Below are positions 42,920 to 56,500 of a stretch of DNA of 64,000 nucleotides, one piece after another. Position 1 is the first letter of the stretch. Every line of letters starts with the position of its first letter. The notes under the pieces are model-generated. The model ran no database searches, was not told where the DNA came from, and saw only the letters and a list, made by a program, of their open reading frames with translations. The DNA comes from Guillardia theta CCMP2712. Lineage: Eukaryota; Protista; Cryptophyta. The position numbers were made by a program, and so were the translations under genes. The stretch spans positions 181,848 to 245,847 of the forward strand of contig NW_005434602.1 of NCBI RefSeq assembly GCF_000315625.1. The letters run 5' to 3'.

Positions 42920-45900
42920 ATGTTCGCCACTTCAGTTCAACAGCCTCCTCAACCATTCGTGAGTGCAGATGAAGTGCATAGGGCGTTCGAGCAAGGATCG
43001 TACTTCGACGACGAAGTTGATAGTCAAGTGGAGTCGATCACAAATCTGGAGAACACAGAGGGTGATTTCAGACGCGAAGCTGCTCTTGTCACGGACTACC
43101 GCACTGAACTGCCAGAAGAAGAAAGCGAAGGCTACGACTATCACATGGAGAAGAGGTACATCCGTGAAAACATCGAGTTGCAGGGCTCGCATGTCTTCAT
43201 GTGGGGTGACGGCGAGAATGGAAAGCTTGGAAATCAGTCTGAGGAAATACAACACGTGCCGTACATCGTTCCAGCATTCCGAAACGTGTTGGTCAAAGTT
43301 TGTGCTCTTGGAAAGCAACATACGCTGTTCCTGTATCTTGATAAAATCACACTTTCACTCTAAGTAACTTCACTTGCAGGAGTGCCGATGGAGTTGTCCT
43401 ATCATGCGGCTCGAATGTGTATGGGCAATTGGGCATGGGTGATCACATGCTTTCAAGATCAACACCAGTAAGCGAACCATCCAAGCAGAAAAGCCTTGAC
43501 AAGTTGCAGGCTATTATACAATCTCTAAACAACATTGTCGGGATTGCCGCTGGATATTATCACTCCCTTGCACTCAATGACACTGGGAAAATTTTCTCTT
43601 GGGGAAGTGGATCTTGGGGCAAGCTAGGTGTGCATTTCTTTCCAATGCCCAGTAGCTGGCAGATGACGAACTAACGCCGTGACCCAGGCATCGGGTCTGA
43701 TGCCAACGCTGAAAGTCCTCGCTTTGTGGCATCTCTTCAAAACTCAAAAGTGAAGACAATCTGTGAATGCCTGTCCGCTTGCAATGGCTGAGTCGAGCGT
43801 GATAGGTCGTACACATCGCTTGCGGAGCTCATCACACTGCAGCAATCACTACTGTGGGTGATGTCTGGACATGGGGAAAGGGCTTGCGTGGTCAACTAGG
43901 TCACAAGAGCGTCAAAGAAGAATTCAGGTGGCCGCAAACAACCTCTGATGTTTCCTGATGTCTGCTCATAGCCCAAGGCTGAATGCAAGTCTGAGAAAAT
44001 GTGGAGCTCAAAAAATCAGGTGGATCTCACAACAGGCATTTGAGGTTGAAAGTGTTGAGCGGAGATATCCAGGTGTGGTGATGATCACACCCTGGTGATA
44101 TTGCGATCGGGACAACTGTATTCTATGGGAGCAAATACCCATGGACAACTCGGCCTAGGTGACGCAACAGACAGGTGAACAAGCAGGTGAAAGCTTTCAG
44201 TGACTGAGTTGATGATGCTTAGAATCATCCCGACTTTGGTCACCGGATTTGCGAATGAAAAGGTGATCGACATCGATGCGAAAGGATGTCGATCCATAGC
44301 ATTGACAAACACCGGGAAAGTCTTTGCCTTCGGAAATGAGACTGAACCTCACTTGAACAGAATACCAAGGTTTGCGGTATTCCTGTCCCGAAACCTTTTC
44401 TAATCTCTTTGTAGGTTTGTTGCGGGACTGCCGAAATCGGATCTCATCATTGCAGTTGCAAGGACTGCTCACTTTGATTTCGCTATTTCTGACACCGGAC
44501 AATTGTTTCGCTGGCGACCTTTTAGCTCGGAAGAAGAAAGCAGTAGAATGCTGGAGTCCTTCCATGCCATCAAGGGTGTCGTGCGAATGTTCTGCGGTCA
44601 CAACCACATGGCAGTGATCTGCTCGCCCGAAATGGGATGTACCCAGGTATGTGAGCAGCAGTTACAAGTTCTGCGCGCTCTTCTTCTGTTGAAATTGGAG
44701 TGCAGGCCATGATTTCGCGCAACAAATCTACAAGCTTTTCTTCGGATATTTCAAGAGCAAGTCTTGAGAAATTTCCTTCGGAGAAAATTCTCCCTGCTCT
44801 TGGAACAAATACTGAGTATCTTGATGAATTCGCAACTGTACAGGTGACAACGAATGTGTTGTCATAAGCAGACAGAAGTTGTTCATTGAAATGCAGGTGC
44901 GTGATTCTCCGAGCCGAGAAGGGGATGGATACATCTACACCTATGGAAAAGGTGTCTTCGGCAGACTAGGCCATGGTGTTGAGTACACACGATCTGAGGA
45001 AAGCGTGAAGCATCCTAAGAGAATAGAGACTTTAGCGAAGATGTCGGTATGACATCATGTGAGGAGCTGAGTGCTCGGGGCTTGACGGTCTGTGATCAGG
45101 TTGTGTTCATCGCGTGCGGTAAAGACTCAACAGCAGCCCTGACAGACACCGGCAAAGTTTACACCTGGGGGAAATCAGCCCAAGGGAAACTTGGATTGGG
45201 GAGTGGCAAGCCTCTGGCTATCGTTGTGCCACAACTCGTTCAGGATCTGAGCTCCCATGTTGTGTGTCAAATCAGCCTTGGGAGAAATCATGCTGCATGC
45301 TCTACTGACATGCACAAGTTCTTTGTGTGGGGAAGCAACACCTTCGGTCAACTGGGAATACCTCACATATCCAGCTACATGCCGGACCCATATGAAATCA
45401 CATCCTTGCGAGAGGCAAACATCAGGAGCATAGCTTGCGGAGGCTGGCATACGTTGATATCCACCAACACAGGGAGTGTGATGTCGTGCGGGAAAGGATG
45501 GCACGGCCAACTAGGACACGGGGATTATGAATCGCTGACGGCACTCTCCAAGACCCTGCCTTACTTCAAGAAGATTGTGGAGGGGTTCGGAGACTCTTTC
45601 ATCGTCAAAGTGAGTGCTGGGAAAGAGTCGTCAGCGGCCATTACAAACAAAGGAAGGCTCTTCACGTGGGGCAAAGGAGACGAGTACCAGCTTGGTCACG
45701 AGAGTTCCAAGAACGAAGCATATCCCAGAGAGGTTGAGTTCTTCGCAAAGATTAGAGTAGTCGACGTGTCGATCGGTGATTCACACATGCTGGCGTTAGA
45801 TTATTCAGGTCTGCCATATTCCTGGGGAAACGGCAGTGCTGGTCAACTAGGTCACGGAGAAATGTGTGAAAGGGAGACCTTGCCGAGGCCGATCATGCTC

Positions 45901-48900
45901 TGTAGACGTGGATTGCGAGACGGCATTGAAGAGAGATTCTTTGATATACAATGGGGGTCGTTTTACATGCAGAAAGAAACTCTACCCGGAGAAGACGAAG
46001 AAGTTGAAGTCATGCGTGAAGAAAGGGGAAAGGTTTGCTTCGCTGACCAGTGAACTCTCGTATTGATTTCGAACCCAGGTCTGTATGATCGAGGCGTATG
46101 GAAATTACAGCCTGTTTGTCCTCGAAAGGTTGGCAAACAAACAAGAGATACTGTTGTACGAAGATGCGGTCAAGAAGCAAGACCATTCCTTGAAGAAGAT
46201 GACGAAAATGACAAGAATTCGCGAATTATTTGGATGTGGCTCCGGGAGACATGGAATATTGCAGAATGTCGGGAAAGAAAAGGAATGCTTGCCTAAACAT
46301 CTTCCGTTCACGTGAGTCGTCTCACGACAATCACTTTAGCTTGAGGCATGACTGACTTCTAATCCCTCAGCGATGACGGAGATGAGCTTCAAGACATCTT
46401 TGCGATTTCAGGAGGGAAAGCTCATGTTGGCATGATCGTTCGACAAGATCCGCTTCGAAACGTGGAATGGAGGAATATTACAGACATGCAAACACAGAAC
46501 ATCAAAGCACAAATGCAGCAGAGAAAGAATCAGGCTTCCTCTCAACTTTTGGACCTTTCTCAGGTGATTCATCTCCATCGAATGATAATCCTAGGTTGAC
46601 TCAGTGTTGTTTGACACAGCTGGACATTGAAGATAACATAGAAGACTTGCATGTTCAAGACTTCTTCGAGAATGAAGTCGAGTACAAGCTCACAGAAGCT
46701 CTCAAGTGATTGATTCTTCCATTCTTCAAAGCAACATGACTGACGAGTGATTTGTCAGGAGCTTGCCTTCGTTTGAGTATGGGAAGTGGCTATCTGCCCT
46801 TTTGGAGAATGATGTCGACCTTGAGACCTTGTCAACGCTGCAAACAGATGAAAACCTGCGGCTGATCGGAATCACCGCCATTGGAGCTCGGCGAAGGCTC
46901 CTGAAAGAGATCATGAAGATGCCCAAGCAGTTTCCTCCCATGTTCTATTCGTACAAAGATGATCAACGATTCTACTTCTCCTGGCCTCCAAGCATCACGG
47001 GAGAGATAGCAAAAGCCAAGAACGATGAGAAGAAGGCACGAGCGGGCGGGCCGTTCAAGGAGTACTTCAATCGGCTGAATATCGGGAGGATCCTGCAGTG
47101 CCTCGTGAGGTACTCGGAGAAGAAACACTTCGAGCAGATCAGAGACCGCGCAAACAAGAGGTATGAGGTGGACCTGGAGGGTGAGTACCATATTTATACC
47201 TGGGGATGCGGAGTCAATGGACGGCTGGGTCACGGTTTCCACACGGGATACTCAACTCCGCAAGAAATCACCAGCTTCCCCTCCAACACCAAGATCGTTG
47301 AAGTGGCTTGCGGCTGTGAACACTCGCTCGCACGCTCCTTCGATGGTGGCGTGTATGCGTGGGGAGCAGGCGACAGGGGTCAACTCGGATCGTTGGAGAA
47401 CTTTGATTGTGTCAAGATCAACTATGCGTTCAATCCACAACCAGTGCTGAACCTCAAACGATACTTCATCCTCAGCATCGCGTGTGGCAGGTGGCACAAC
47501 ATGACCCTCACAAGTGAACGCCAGGTTCTCTCCTGGGGAGCCGGCGAGTTCGGTCAGCTAGGGCTCGATCACAACCTCTCCAAAGGCACTCCACAGATGG
47601 TGAAGGCCCTAGACGGCAGAGCTCCTTGCAAGATCCTGTGCGGCGGGTGGCACTCAGCTGCGATCCTCGAGTCAGGAAAGATTCTGCTGTGGGGAAAGAA
47701 CGTGTACGGGCAACTAGGACATGGAGACACCAAGTCCTGCAGCGCTCCGAGAGTGAACCAATACCTGAGGCTCGAGGGGAAGGTAAGCTTCCGCTCTCTC
47801 ACGTCCTCATGCTGATCCTCTGCAGGTTCGCACCGCTGGCCTTGGAGCAAACCACACGCTCGTCGTCATGGTCGCCAACAAAGTATTTGCGATGGGCTCG
47901 AACATCGACGGGCAGTTGGGACTTGATGACCCGTAACCTTGCTTGCTGGTTGACTTGATGAGGTTGACTGACTCCTCTTGCAGATCAAGGACTGGCAAGA
48001 ACGTGCCCGTGTCTATCGAAGAGCTCAACGGGAAGAACATCTGTCAAGTAGCAGCGGGGGATCAGCACTCACTGGCTCTGAGCGTGTTCGGAGAAGTATG
48101 GTCTTGGGGCGGCTCTCCTTTCGGTCAGCTGGGACATGAAACCATCACGGACAAGTTGGCCCCAACTCCTCTGCTCGAGCGACACAAAATTCCTCCTGAC
48201 GTGAAGTCGATCGCTTGTGGTTACACTTTCTCGGCAGCAATGAGTGCGAAGGGGGAGGTGTTCACGTGGGGGAATGGTGAATCGGGTGAGCTGGGACATG
48301 CCCCGAAGGTTCTGACGTATGCTCCAAGCCTCATCAAAGACTTTTCCGAGGTTGTCCAGATCGCGTGTGGGTTCAAGCATATGGCAGGCATCGTGTTCAA
48401 GCCTCGCATGAAGACCATCGAACTGACAGGATCCTCCAACATCGGAGACAACTCGACGACCTTCTCGGGCTCGATTGCTGCAGGGTCAGTCTCCGGCTCC
48501 ACGAGGAGCCACACCACCGGCCACCATACCACGAGAACCTCCGCCTTCTCCGCCAGCAACCAGAAGAGACATGGCTGCGTGTTCGTGTGGGGAGAGGACA
48601 CGTGCGGTCAGCTTGGCATCCGAGGGCTGCAGGCGGCTCGATCGCCTTCGTTGATGCAGAGCCTGCTCGCCACGAGCATCGTACATATCTCAGCCAACTC
48701 AGACATGTCTGCCTTTGTCACAGACTCCGGTTCCTTGTATGTCTCTGGAGGGAGCGAGCATGGCAGGCTTGGCCTGGGTCACATGGCTCCAGCGCCCACC
48801 CCGGTGGAGATACGAAGCCTGAACACTGTGAAGATCATGAAAGTCGCCTGTGGGACTTACCACTGTTTAGCGCTGACCGAGGAAAAACGAGTTTATGCCT

Positions 48901-49753
48901 GGGGCGATGGCAAGTGGGGAAACGCTGGAGTGTCAAACACCAACGACGTCCTTGAGCCCCAAGAACTGTCGAGCTTGGCAGCATGCAGCATCATCGGCGT
49001 ACACGCCGGTGGCTTCCATAGCGCAGCCCTGTCGCAGTACGGAGATTTGTTCATGTGGGGCAAGAATTCCAACGGCCAGCTGGGCCTTGGAACTACTTCA
49101 GCAGCGGAGGACAGTCCGACCAAGATCTCGAACTTGGACGGGGTAGTGATGGACGTCTCGCTGGGGGCGAACCATTCTGCTGTCCTCATGCAGGTGAAGA
49201 TGCTTGAATCGTCTCTCCTCTCGCTGACCCTCCTCTCACCTCCTCCTAGGTCACCTCCCCGAACCTCTTCACTTGCGGGCTGAACGCAAACGGTCAACTT
49301 GGTCTGGGAGATTTCGTTGACAGGTCAACCCTGACGGCTGTGGATGCTCTCGATGATCGGCAGATCGTGTCGGCGTCCTGTGGAGCAGCGCATACAGCAG
49401 CAGTGAGTCAGTATGGGGACCTCATTACTTGGGGGAATGGACGCAACGGTCAGCTCGGCCTCAAGGCGGGTCTGAGCAAAGACATAGAGAACCCCGTCCA
49501 GCTCCCAGCCATCTGCAACGATCCGATGGTGAAAGTGGTGTGCGGGCAAGAGGTGACGATAGTTGTGTCGGAGAAAGGCGAGCTGTACATGGCTGGGTAC
49601 GAGAGCACCATAGGGCTCGGAGGGAACTCCTCGAGGAGGCGAGAGTTTGATGTGAGCTTCAGAGAAGTGGAAGGGCTCATCCAGCCGACCCAGATCGCTG
49701 TAGGATCTGTTCACGTGCTAGCATTGGTTGGCATCAGCATGGAAGCAGCTTAA
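42920..49753 (+). CDS. Large RCC1-repeat protein with an internal SAM domain (multi-exon)
   Basis: More than 20 RCC1 repeats (e.g. VYTWGKSAQGKLG, IACGGWHT, WGAGEFGQLG, WGNGRNGQLG). SAM: LPSFEYGKWLSALLENDVDLETLSTLQTDENLRLIGITAIGARRRLLKEI. No HECT domain seen. Confidence 0.88.
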
Positions 49754-50574
49754 AGTTGCCAGGTTGCGAGGATACAAGGAGATGTCTTGTTTGGAAAATA
49801 AAAGAAACTGTTGGGTCTGCTTTGTGAGGGCACAGGTAGCTAAAGAAAAATCAGATGGCGGTTGGGACATAACGCGATGGCGAGCAGATTATTGTCTCAT
49901 CAGGGGTTGTAGTTGGAGACTTTACGGCTTGATTTCAAGGACAACGTGTTGGGCTCGAGACCTCACTCTGCATGCCCCTTGCTCTTTTCCCTCAGGGCAG
50001 GTGGCAGATAGGAGGCGCGTACGCTCACAAGACGTGATGGAGCATAGCGCAGGGCGGAACAAGAACAATTACAGAGGGCTAAGGGTAATGCCGGCCAACA
50101 AATAGCTGGTGATGACTGCAGGATGGACGGAGATGGGAATGACGAATTTGGACATTCGAGGGGAGTGAAGAATTCAAAGGGCTGAAGAACGAAGGTCTCA
50201 ACCCACATGGAGATTTGTAAAAGTAGCGATGAAAGTGACTGTAAGAATGAGATATGTGGAAATGCTGTGGAAACAAGAGAAGACAGGAACAAAGATAAGT
50301 GCCTGTCGTTCCGTGGAAATAAGAGCAAAGAGGAACAGAGATGAGTTCCTATCCTTGTAAGATTTAACGAGTAGGGATCAAAAGAGATACAAGACAATAA
50401 GTTTGGAGGAGTGACGTTGCTACCCCGACGTGGTTGTGACATGACTTCCTGAGCGCGATGGTACGAGATCCAGGAGATATACAGAGAGATTGCACACAGT
50501 GCAAGAGTATCAAAGACAAGCAGGATTTCCTCTTATCCATCCTTGAAAATGTCGCCCACATCCTGCATGCCCCG

Positions 50575-51887
50575 TCATGGCCCATCCTCTCCTTGTGCTC
50601 CTCCGCTCCTCATCACCTGGGATTCGCTAAGGAAAACCTTGTCGTACAACAACCCTGCACATGCTCCCCCTGCCATGGTGGCGAGCACGTAAACCCAGAC
50701 ATGCCTGAACATACCGAACGCGAAAGCAGGACCTGTGAAAAGTTGAGATGCTGTGAAGCAGCAACAAGCTCGAGCTACCCAGTGTCCTTGCTGGGTTCAT
50801 GCTCCCTCCGGTGAAGGGACCTTCGGCGAAGGTTCCAACGATGATGGCGAGCCCGATGGCGATCGGCGATGCGTTCTTAGCGACTGGCGAGGAGGCGTCA
50901 GGGCAGGCATTGGGAAGGAAGAGGATGAAACACCTCCTGCCTTGTCGACTGCAGTTGCAAAAACAGAAAAGACGAGGGTGAAGGTGCACAAGAATTCAAG
51001 GAAGAAGACCTGACGGTAGTTCCCTCACCCTCCCGCCCCCTCTTGCTCGTCCTCACCTGGAACGGATGGGTGAAGGTCAACGACCCCGTGGTGATGAAAG
51101 GAGTCTCGTCCATGGCAGGAGGCAGAGCCAGCTTGAGAGCAAGAGCTCCAAAGATTGCGCCAAGAACCTGAGCTGCAATGTAGATGAAATATCTCCTCCT
51201 CCCCAGCCTGTCGGTGACGAGTGCCTCAGTCTACCGCCGTCTTATCCTCAAGAGCACCAACCTTCCAGTCACTACAAAGGCTGTAGAGATGGCTGGATTC
51301 AGATGTCCCCCGCTCGTGCCTGAGGTCGCGTAGACCAGCACGATGAAGGCAAGCCCATTGCCAATGGCTGCCGTAGCCAGGCCTGAAGGGAGGAAATCAA
51401 CCCCTTGCAAGAGCTGAGAACCAAGAGATCGCACGCACCTGTCGAGATCGAGTTCGCGTCTGCTCCTCCTCCGATGAACTGGAAGAGAAAAACTCCCACA
51501 AACTCCGCGACAACACAAGACACGGGTATCCTTCCTGCAATCCACAGTGTCAATGTCCGAGTAGGGATAACCATTCGCTAACAAGTTGAAGGATGCGAGC
51601 AGTCAAAGAAGCTTGAAGGAAGCATCGGTACATGCCCGATGTCTGACAAACATCACAAGGATTGACAGACACCAACAGTGCGGGCCATCGAACAGTGAAA
51701 GGGCATGCATTGCATTTCGAGACCCGACAGGTCTCTTCCACAGAGCTTGGAGATGGTCAGGAGGACGTAGAGGACATGGAAGTGACGAATCTTGACAAGA
51801 GGAGGAGGAAGAGGAGAAGGAGAAGCGCTCTAGATGTGCATGCAGCATCCAATCTCCCAGCCTCCACTCACCCAGCAACGACGCCAT
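50575..51887 (-). CDS. Aquaporin / major intrinsic protein (multi-exon)
   Basis: VAEFVGVFLFQFIGGG, SGGHLNPAIS, FFLEFLCTFTLVFSV, AIGLAIIVG...FTGGSMNPARTLG, WVYV. Two NPA boxes. Confidence 0.92.
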
Positions 51888-52093
51888 GGCGGACTGCCCC
51901 TTCAGTCAACTAGGAATGAGGGGGATGAGGGGCAAAACCAGGCTGCAATATGAGTCTCGGCGGCCCCCGGGCCCGGGGCCGGGCCCGCGGCCCGGGCCGG
52001 GGCGTGCGCGGGCCTGGTGACGGGGAGCCTCGGCACGCGGCATCATGAAACACACGACGGACCGTCAAGGAAATCACTCAGGCCCTTGAAATT

Positions 52094-52108
52094 TTTACTC
52101 AAAGTTAA
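52094..52108 (-). repeat. Dispersed motif, partial copy E (reverse complement TTAACTTTGAGTAAA)
   Basis: TTTACTCAAAGTTAA on + strand. The TACTGAT half occurs on minus at 52128-52134. About 205 bp upstream of the aquaporin ATG. Confidence 0.75.
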
Positions 52109-52345
52109 AACAAGGCTCACAGTTAGTATCAGTATCTCAGTGATCGTCACTGCAATATGCGCCTGCTTCCACCCTTGCTGCAGTGCTGTGAGTGAGGCTC
52201 CGGGCCTTGTGCCGGGCTTTCAGCCTCCGAGCCATCGTAGGCACCTTCTGACACCTTCTTCTTGACTGAAGTCAAAGTCACTTTCATTTACGGTCGGCAA
52301 AGTTCGTTCTCTCAGTATTTATTGATGTCAGTCCAGGAATGCACA

Positions 52346-53096
52346 TTACAAGGCCAATGAAAGCCAACCAGCGATGAGCGACAGCCCTCCTATCGGGGTT
52401 ATCGCTCCCAGAGCCTTCTTGTTGGTCAGAACCAGCAAGTATCTGATCAACAAACATAATCAATGTTGAAGATACAACTCTCTCTGCAGCGAATCACTTA
52501 CAAGGAACCTGAGAATAACACCATCCCAGCAGTGAACAGCGGAGGAGCGAGCCTGGCATGGCTCTCAGCCCAAGAGAAGCAATGACAATGAGGTGAACAG
52601 GTACCTCAATGATCTCTTGCTCAGGTGTCCATGTCCGACGGACACGGCTGTAAACAGAATGTCAGCAATGTGAATCCTGTAGTATGGAATAATACCCAAG
52701 AGCGCGACAGAATGCACAAGGTGATAATGCGAAGCTGTCTCCCAAATCTTGATCATAGCAGGGTCGACCTGTCATTTGCTCACACTTGATTGCAACTTAG
52801 TGTATGGAAATTATTCAATGACCTTTGTCTTGAGTCCATGCGCGCCAAAAGCACCCAACCTGTTGAAGCAACAGAACATCAGGGTATGGACTGAAGATGG
52901 TATGATCCTCGCCCCCCATATCTCCTGGGATGTCTTGTGCACTTCTCGATTCATGGCATAGGTCACATCTTGTTCGCTTCCCTCCCTCCTCCCTCCCTCC
53001 CTCCTGTAACCGTTTCCACCCATGCATAACAGCGTGTCATCCTCACCCTATCGCCATGGCGCCGCTGACCGCTGCTAGCTGTGTGGTGGTCGGCAT
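52346..53096 (-). CDS. TMEM256: TMEM256 / DUF423 small membrane protein (multi-exon)
   Basis: LAAVSGAMAIG|LGAFGAHGL, IWETASHYHLVHSVALL, FTAGMVLFSGSL|YLLVLT..KALGAITPIGGLSLIAGWLSLAL*. Confidence 0.9.
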
Positions 53097-53514
53097 GTCA
53101 GCTTGAGGCGCAGCAATCACCGCAAGGTATTATATTTTACTCAACAGCAGAATTTTGAGGCAAGCTTGCATCAAACAAATTAAGTAAATTATCTCTCCTA
53201 CATGTAGGCCCGCCCTGTCAGTTAGTTTAGTCGCATAGCCGACTAGGATTGCAAGGGAATGAGGGGCTGAGAGGTGAGATGAAGCGATGAGAAGACAGCA
53301 ACTTCTGTCCGCACAAGCCTGATGTGAGTCTTGTCTCTGCCCACCTTCGAAAGTGCTTCCTGCCACGGTTGGCATACCTGACATGTGCGGCGTATGGAGC
53401 ATTCATTCCCGTGGAACCTTGAAGCGCTAGCATTTCCTTGGTGGCTGTGAGCTTCTGGATGGTGTTTGACGAGGAAGTGTAGCGGCCAAGTGTGTATCAC
53501 GACAAGACATCGCA

Positions 53515-56500
53515 ATGGACGGAGGACGTGCCTGGATGATGGCAAACCTGACTCTTAGGTTGAAGAAGGAACGACGCCCAGCCCGTCACCTGGTCGGTCA
53601 ACCGCCTCGATGTGCTTTCATGGACGAGAAGCCAGTCTTCAAAGATAGCCTCATCCCACATGACCACGACCATGTTCTTCATCATCGTCTTCAGATCCTG
53701 CATTCACCTCATCTGCAACCCATCTGTAAGCTCGCCATGTACCTCGGCTACAAGAGCAGTCATATTGCGATCAAAGACGAAGATAGCTCTCAAGTTGTTG
53801 CAGGGCATAAGAGACCACAATCAGCTCAACCGATGTCACGGAAGATACATCTCGACCAATCGTCTGAAAATGTTTCCAGGAACCAAACATCATCAAAAGG
53901 ACAAACTTCCTTGGAGCAGACCTACCAGCTACGTCCTAAATCAGCTACATCGAAATCAAGGAAGCTTGTTCTCAGTCCTGATTCTCCTTCAAAATCCCAG
54001 CCGAGTGTTTTTTCCAGCTCGAGCAACTTTCCAGACGAAGCTTCACACATGAAACGCAAACGACCTCGACTCATCAAAAGTGGCCACTTTCTAGACCTTC
54101 TGAGCAGGAAGAAATCACAAAGTTCGATTGTGATGACATCAACAAAGGTCCTCGAAGCGGAGATCAAGCAGACCACTACCGTCTTTCAAAGTGTTGAGAT
54201 CGTCGTCTGGAAGAATCATCCATTTGCTTACATAGCTCTGCTTCACTCAATGCTACAGGGGAAAGATTTGACAGGAATACTGAGATTGCTAGTTGATCCT
54301 TATTTCCTGTGCAAATGTATTATCAATTCTGGAGTTGATTCACTTATCGCCTTCATTGGCCGTTTACAGGATCGCGTTCAGACTGAATTTGACAACACAC
54401 GAGGAGCTGCAAAAACTCTGTCGCAGTTAAAGTCGAAATTGGTAAGTGTTGCCTATACCTTCAGACTTGAAGAAATCAAAATATTTGAATTGATGCAACA
54501 GTCCAGTGAGCTTGTATCAGAGTTTGAAATGAATTTGAAACGAAGCTTAGATGAAGCCTCAAGATTTCTTCGTCTTCTAGAAGCATCCCAAGACGAATTG
54601 AGGAGTCTGAATTTCAAATCACCAGAATGGGCAGCGATTCATGATTATCTTATGATGTTAGATCAGCTCGGAGTCACGAGCAGTCTGAGCCCTGAGGAAA
54701 ACAAAATGGTTGCTCACCATGCCACAGCTATGGAGACTCGCTTCACTGAAGACATCAGTCACGAGGCTGAAAATCATTTCCTACTGAGTGGTATTTCTCA
54801 CAAAAGCTCTGATTCGATTTATGTTTCTTCAAGATCTAATGCAGTGTTGTGCCCGGATCTCTCAGGAAAGATAGAAGATTTGATGCGTGAACTATCACTG
54901 TATTACAACTGTTCCTTTGAGGAACAATCGATCAAATTCTTAGCTCATGATTATGCCAAAGTGACACTTCCGAGTGAGCAATGCAAGATCAGTGAAAACG
55001 ATCAGACCAGACCCTCTGAAACATTAACAATCTCAAGACTCAGGCGACCTATGTGGGAGAAAGCAACGTTTTATCTCGTATTCCATGATTCAAGCTTTGA
55101 TCAAATACTTTGGCTGCTCGAACGCGAGGTTTTTCCTCTCTTACAGTGGTTCCTTCGAAATCACTTTGTTGAGCTCTCATTCGTCGCGTTGGGACCGCAG
55201 AGCGAACACTCGCAAAACAAGACACTGAGAGATAAGAAGTCCTCTGTCAAGACCAACGACAGCCCTTCACATGACTCATTCTTTGTGCTTCCCATCAGAA
55301 ATGGCCACACGTTTGTTGAGAGAGAAAAAAACTTTGTATATGTCAATTGCTCGGCAAAAATTCACTCCGGTGAAGAGCAGGCTGTTTTGAAACAAATGAT
55401 TGTACCATGCCTTCTCACGATGGTGTCTGAGCTGTATCCAAAGATTGACTCTTCCAAACCTATTGCCACGAATGTAATCATTGGAGATCAGTCACAGACT
55501 ATGAGGGCGAAGGCGAGGCTATTTGTGAGTTGGAAGACACTGAGACACACGGTGAATCAGATCGCCAAGTTCTTTCAGAGGAAGGGCCCCTCAGCTCTGG
55601 TCAGACTGAGCGGCTCTCTTGGAGTCGGTAAGAGCATGACCATGGCTCATGTAGCAGAGAGCATTGCGCTATCTTCAACCGACAAGCACCGGGTCATCTA
55701 TTACCGAGATGCTATCCAACACAGCTCTGTCTCCTTTCTCCAGTACCTGACCTTTTGTATCCCTGAATGCAAAATGTCTCAATTTCACTGCAAAAGGTTT
55801 GGACAATGGTTGCAATCTTCGGACTTCTCCCTTGACATCATAGCCGATGGGGTGACGCAGGAAGACATCAATACTTTGGAAACAATCTTTCAATTTGCAC
55901 CCGATCTGCAAAGGAAGGTGAGGATATTGTATACACTCACAGCTGGCACAACGAGACATCAATGTATCCACGTGTATCCCCTCCATTTTGATGAACGCAT
56001 GACACTGATCGACGAGATGTGCAACCGACATGATTTGGAATTGGACAAGACCTGTAAACAGAATCTGGCATCCAAGAAAGATTCAAGGATTCCATTGTAT
56101 GTGGAAGCCACCATCAAAACAATCGCATTGTTTACAAAGACTGTCTCTGCCTTTCATGACAATCTACTTTCACGTGATGATGTGTTGTGGCACGTGATTG
56201 ATCAATGCCCTCAAGATTTGGACGACCTTTATGAATATCACACGATTCCATTTCTGGAATTCAAATATAATAAGGCGATTGTTTCAACAGTGCTGCAATT
56301 TTTGTATTTCACAGAGAAGGCAATTTCATTCTTTACCTTATGGAAGATGGTTCAAGAACAATTGAGTGCCGAACATCTCAAAGATCTTGACTCGATCACG
56401 TTTTACAGTGATCTGGCACACTTTCTTCTTGACGACAGTGATACTAGTGACTTCCACATTTACATGAAGCCCAAATCAATCTTTCGCAAAGCTGTGTCTC

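Noticed and set aside
53134-53143. TTTTACTCAA upstream of TMEM256 (and GAGGACA at ~3596) as extra motif copies
   Set aside because: Only 7-10 bp match, so could be chance.
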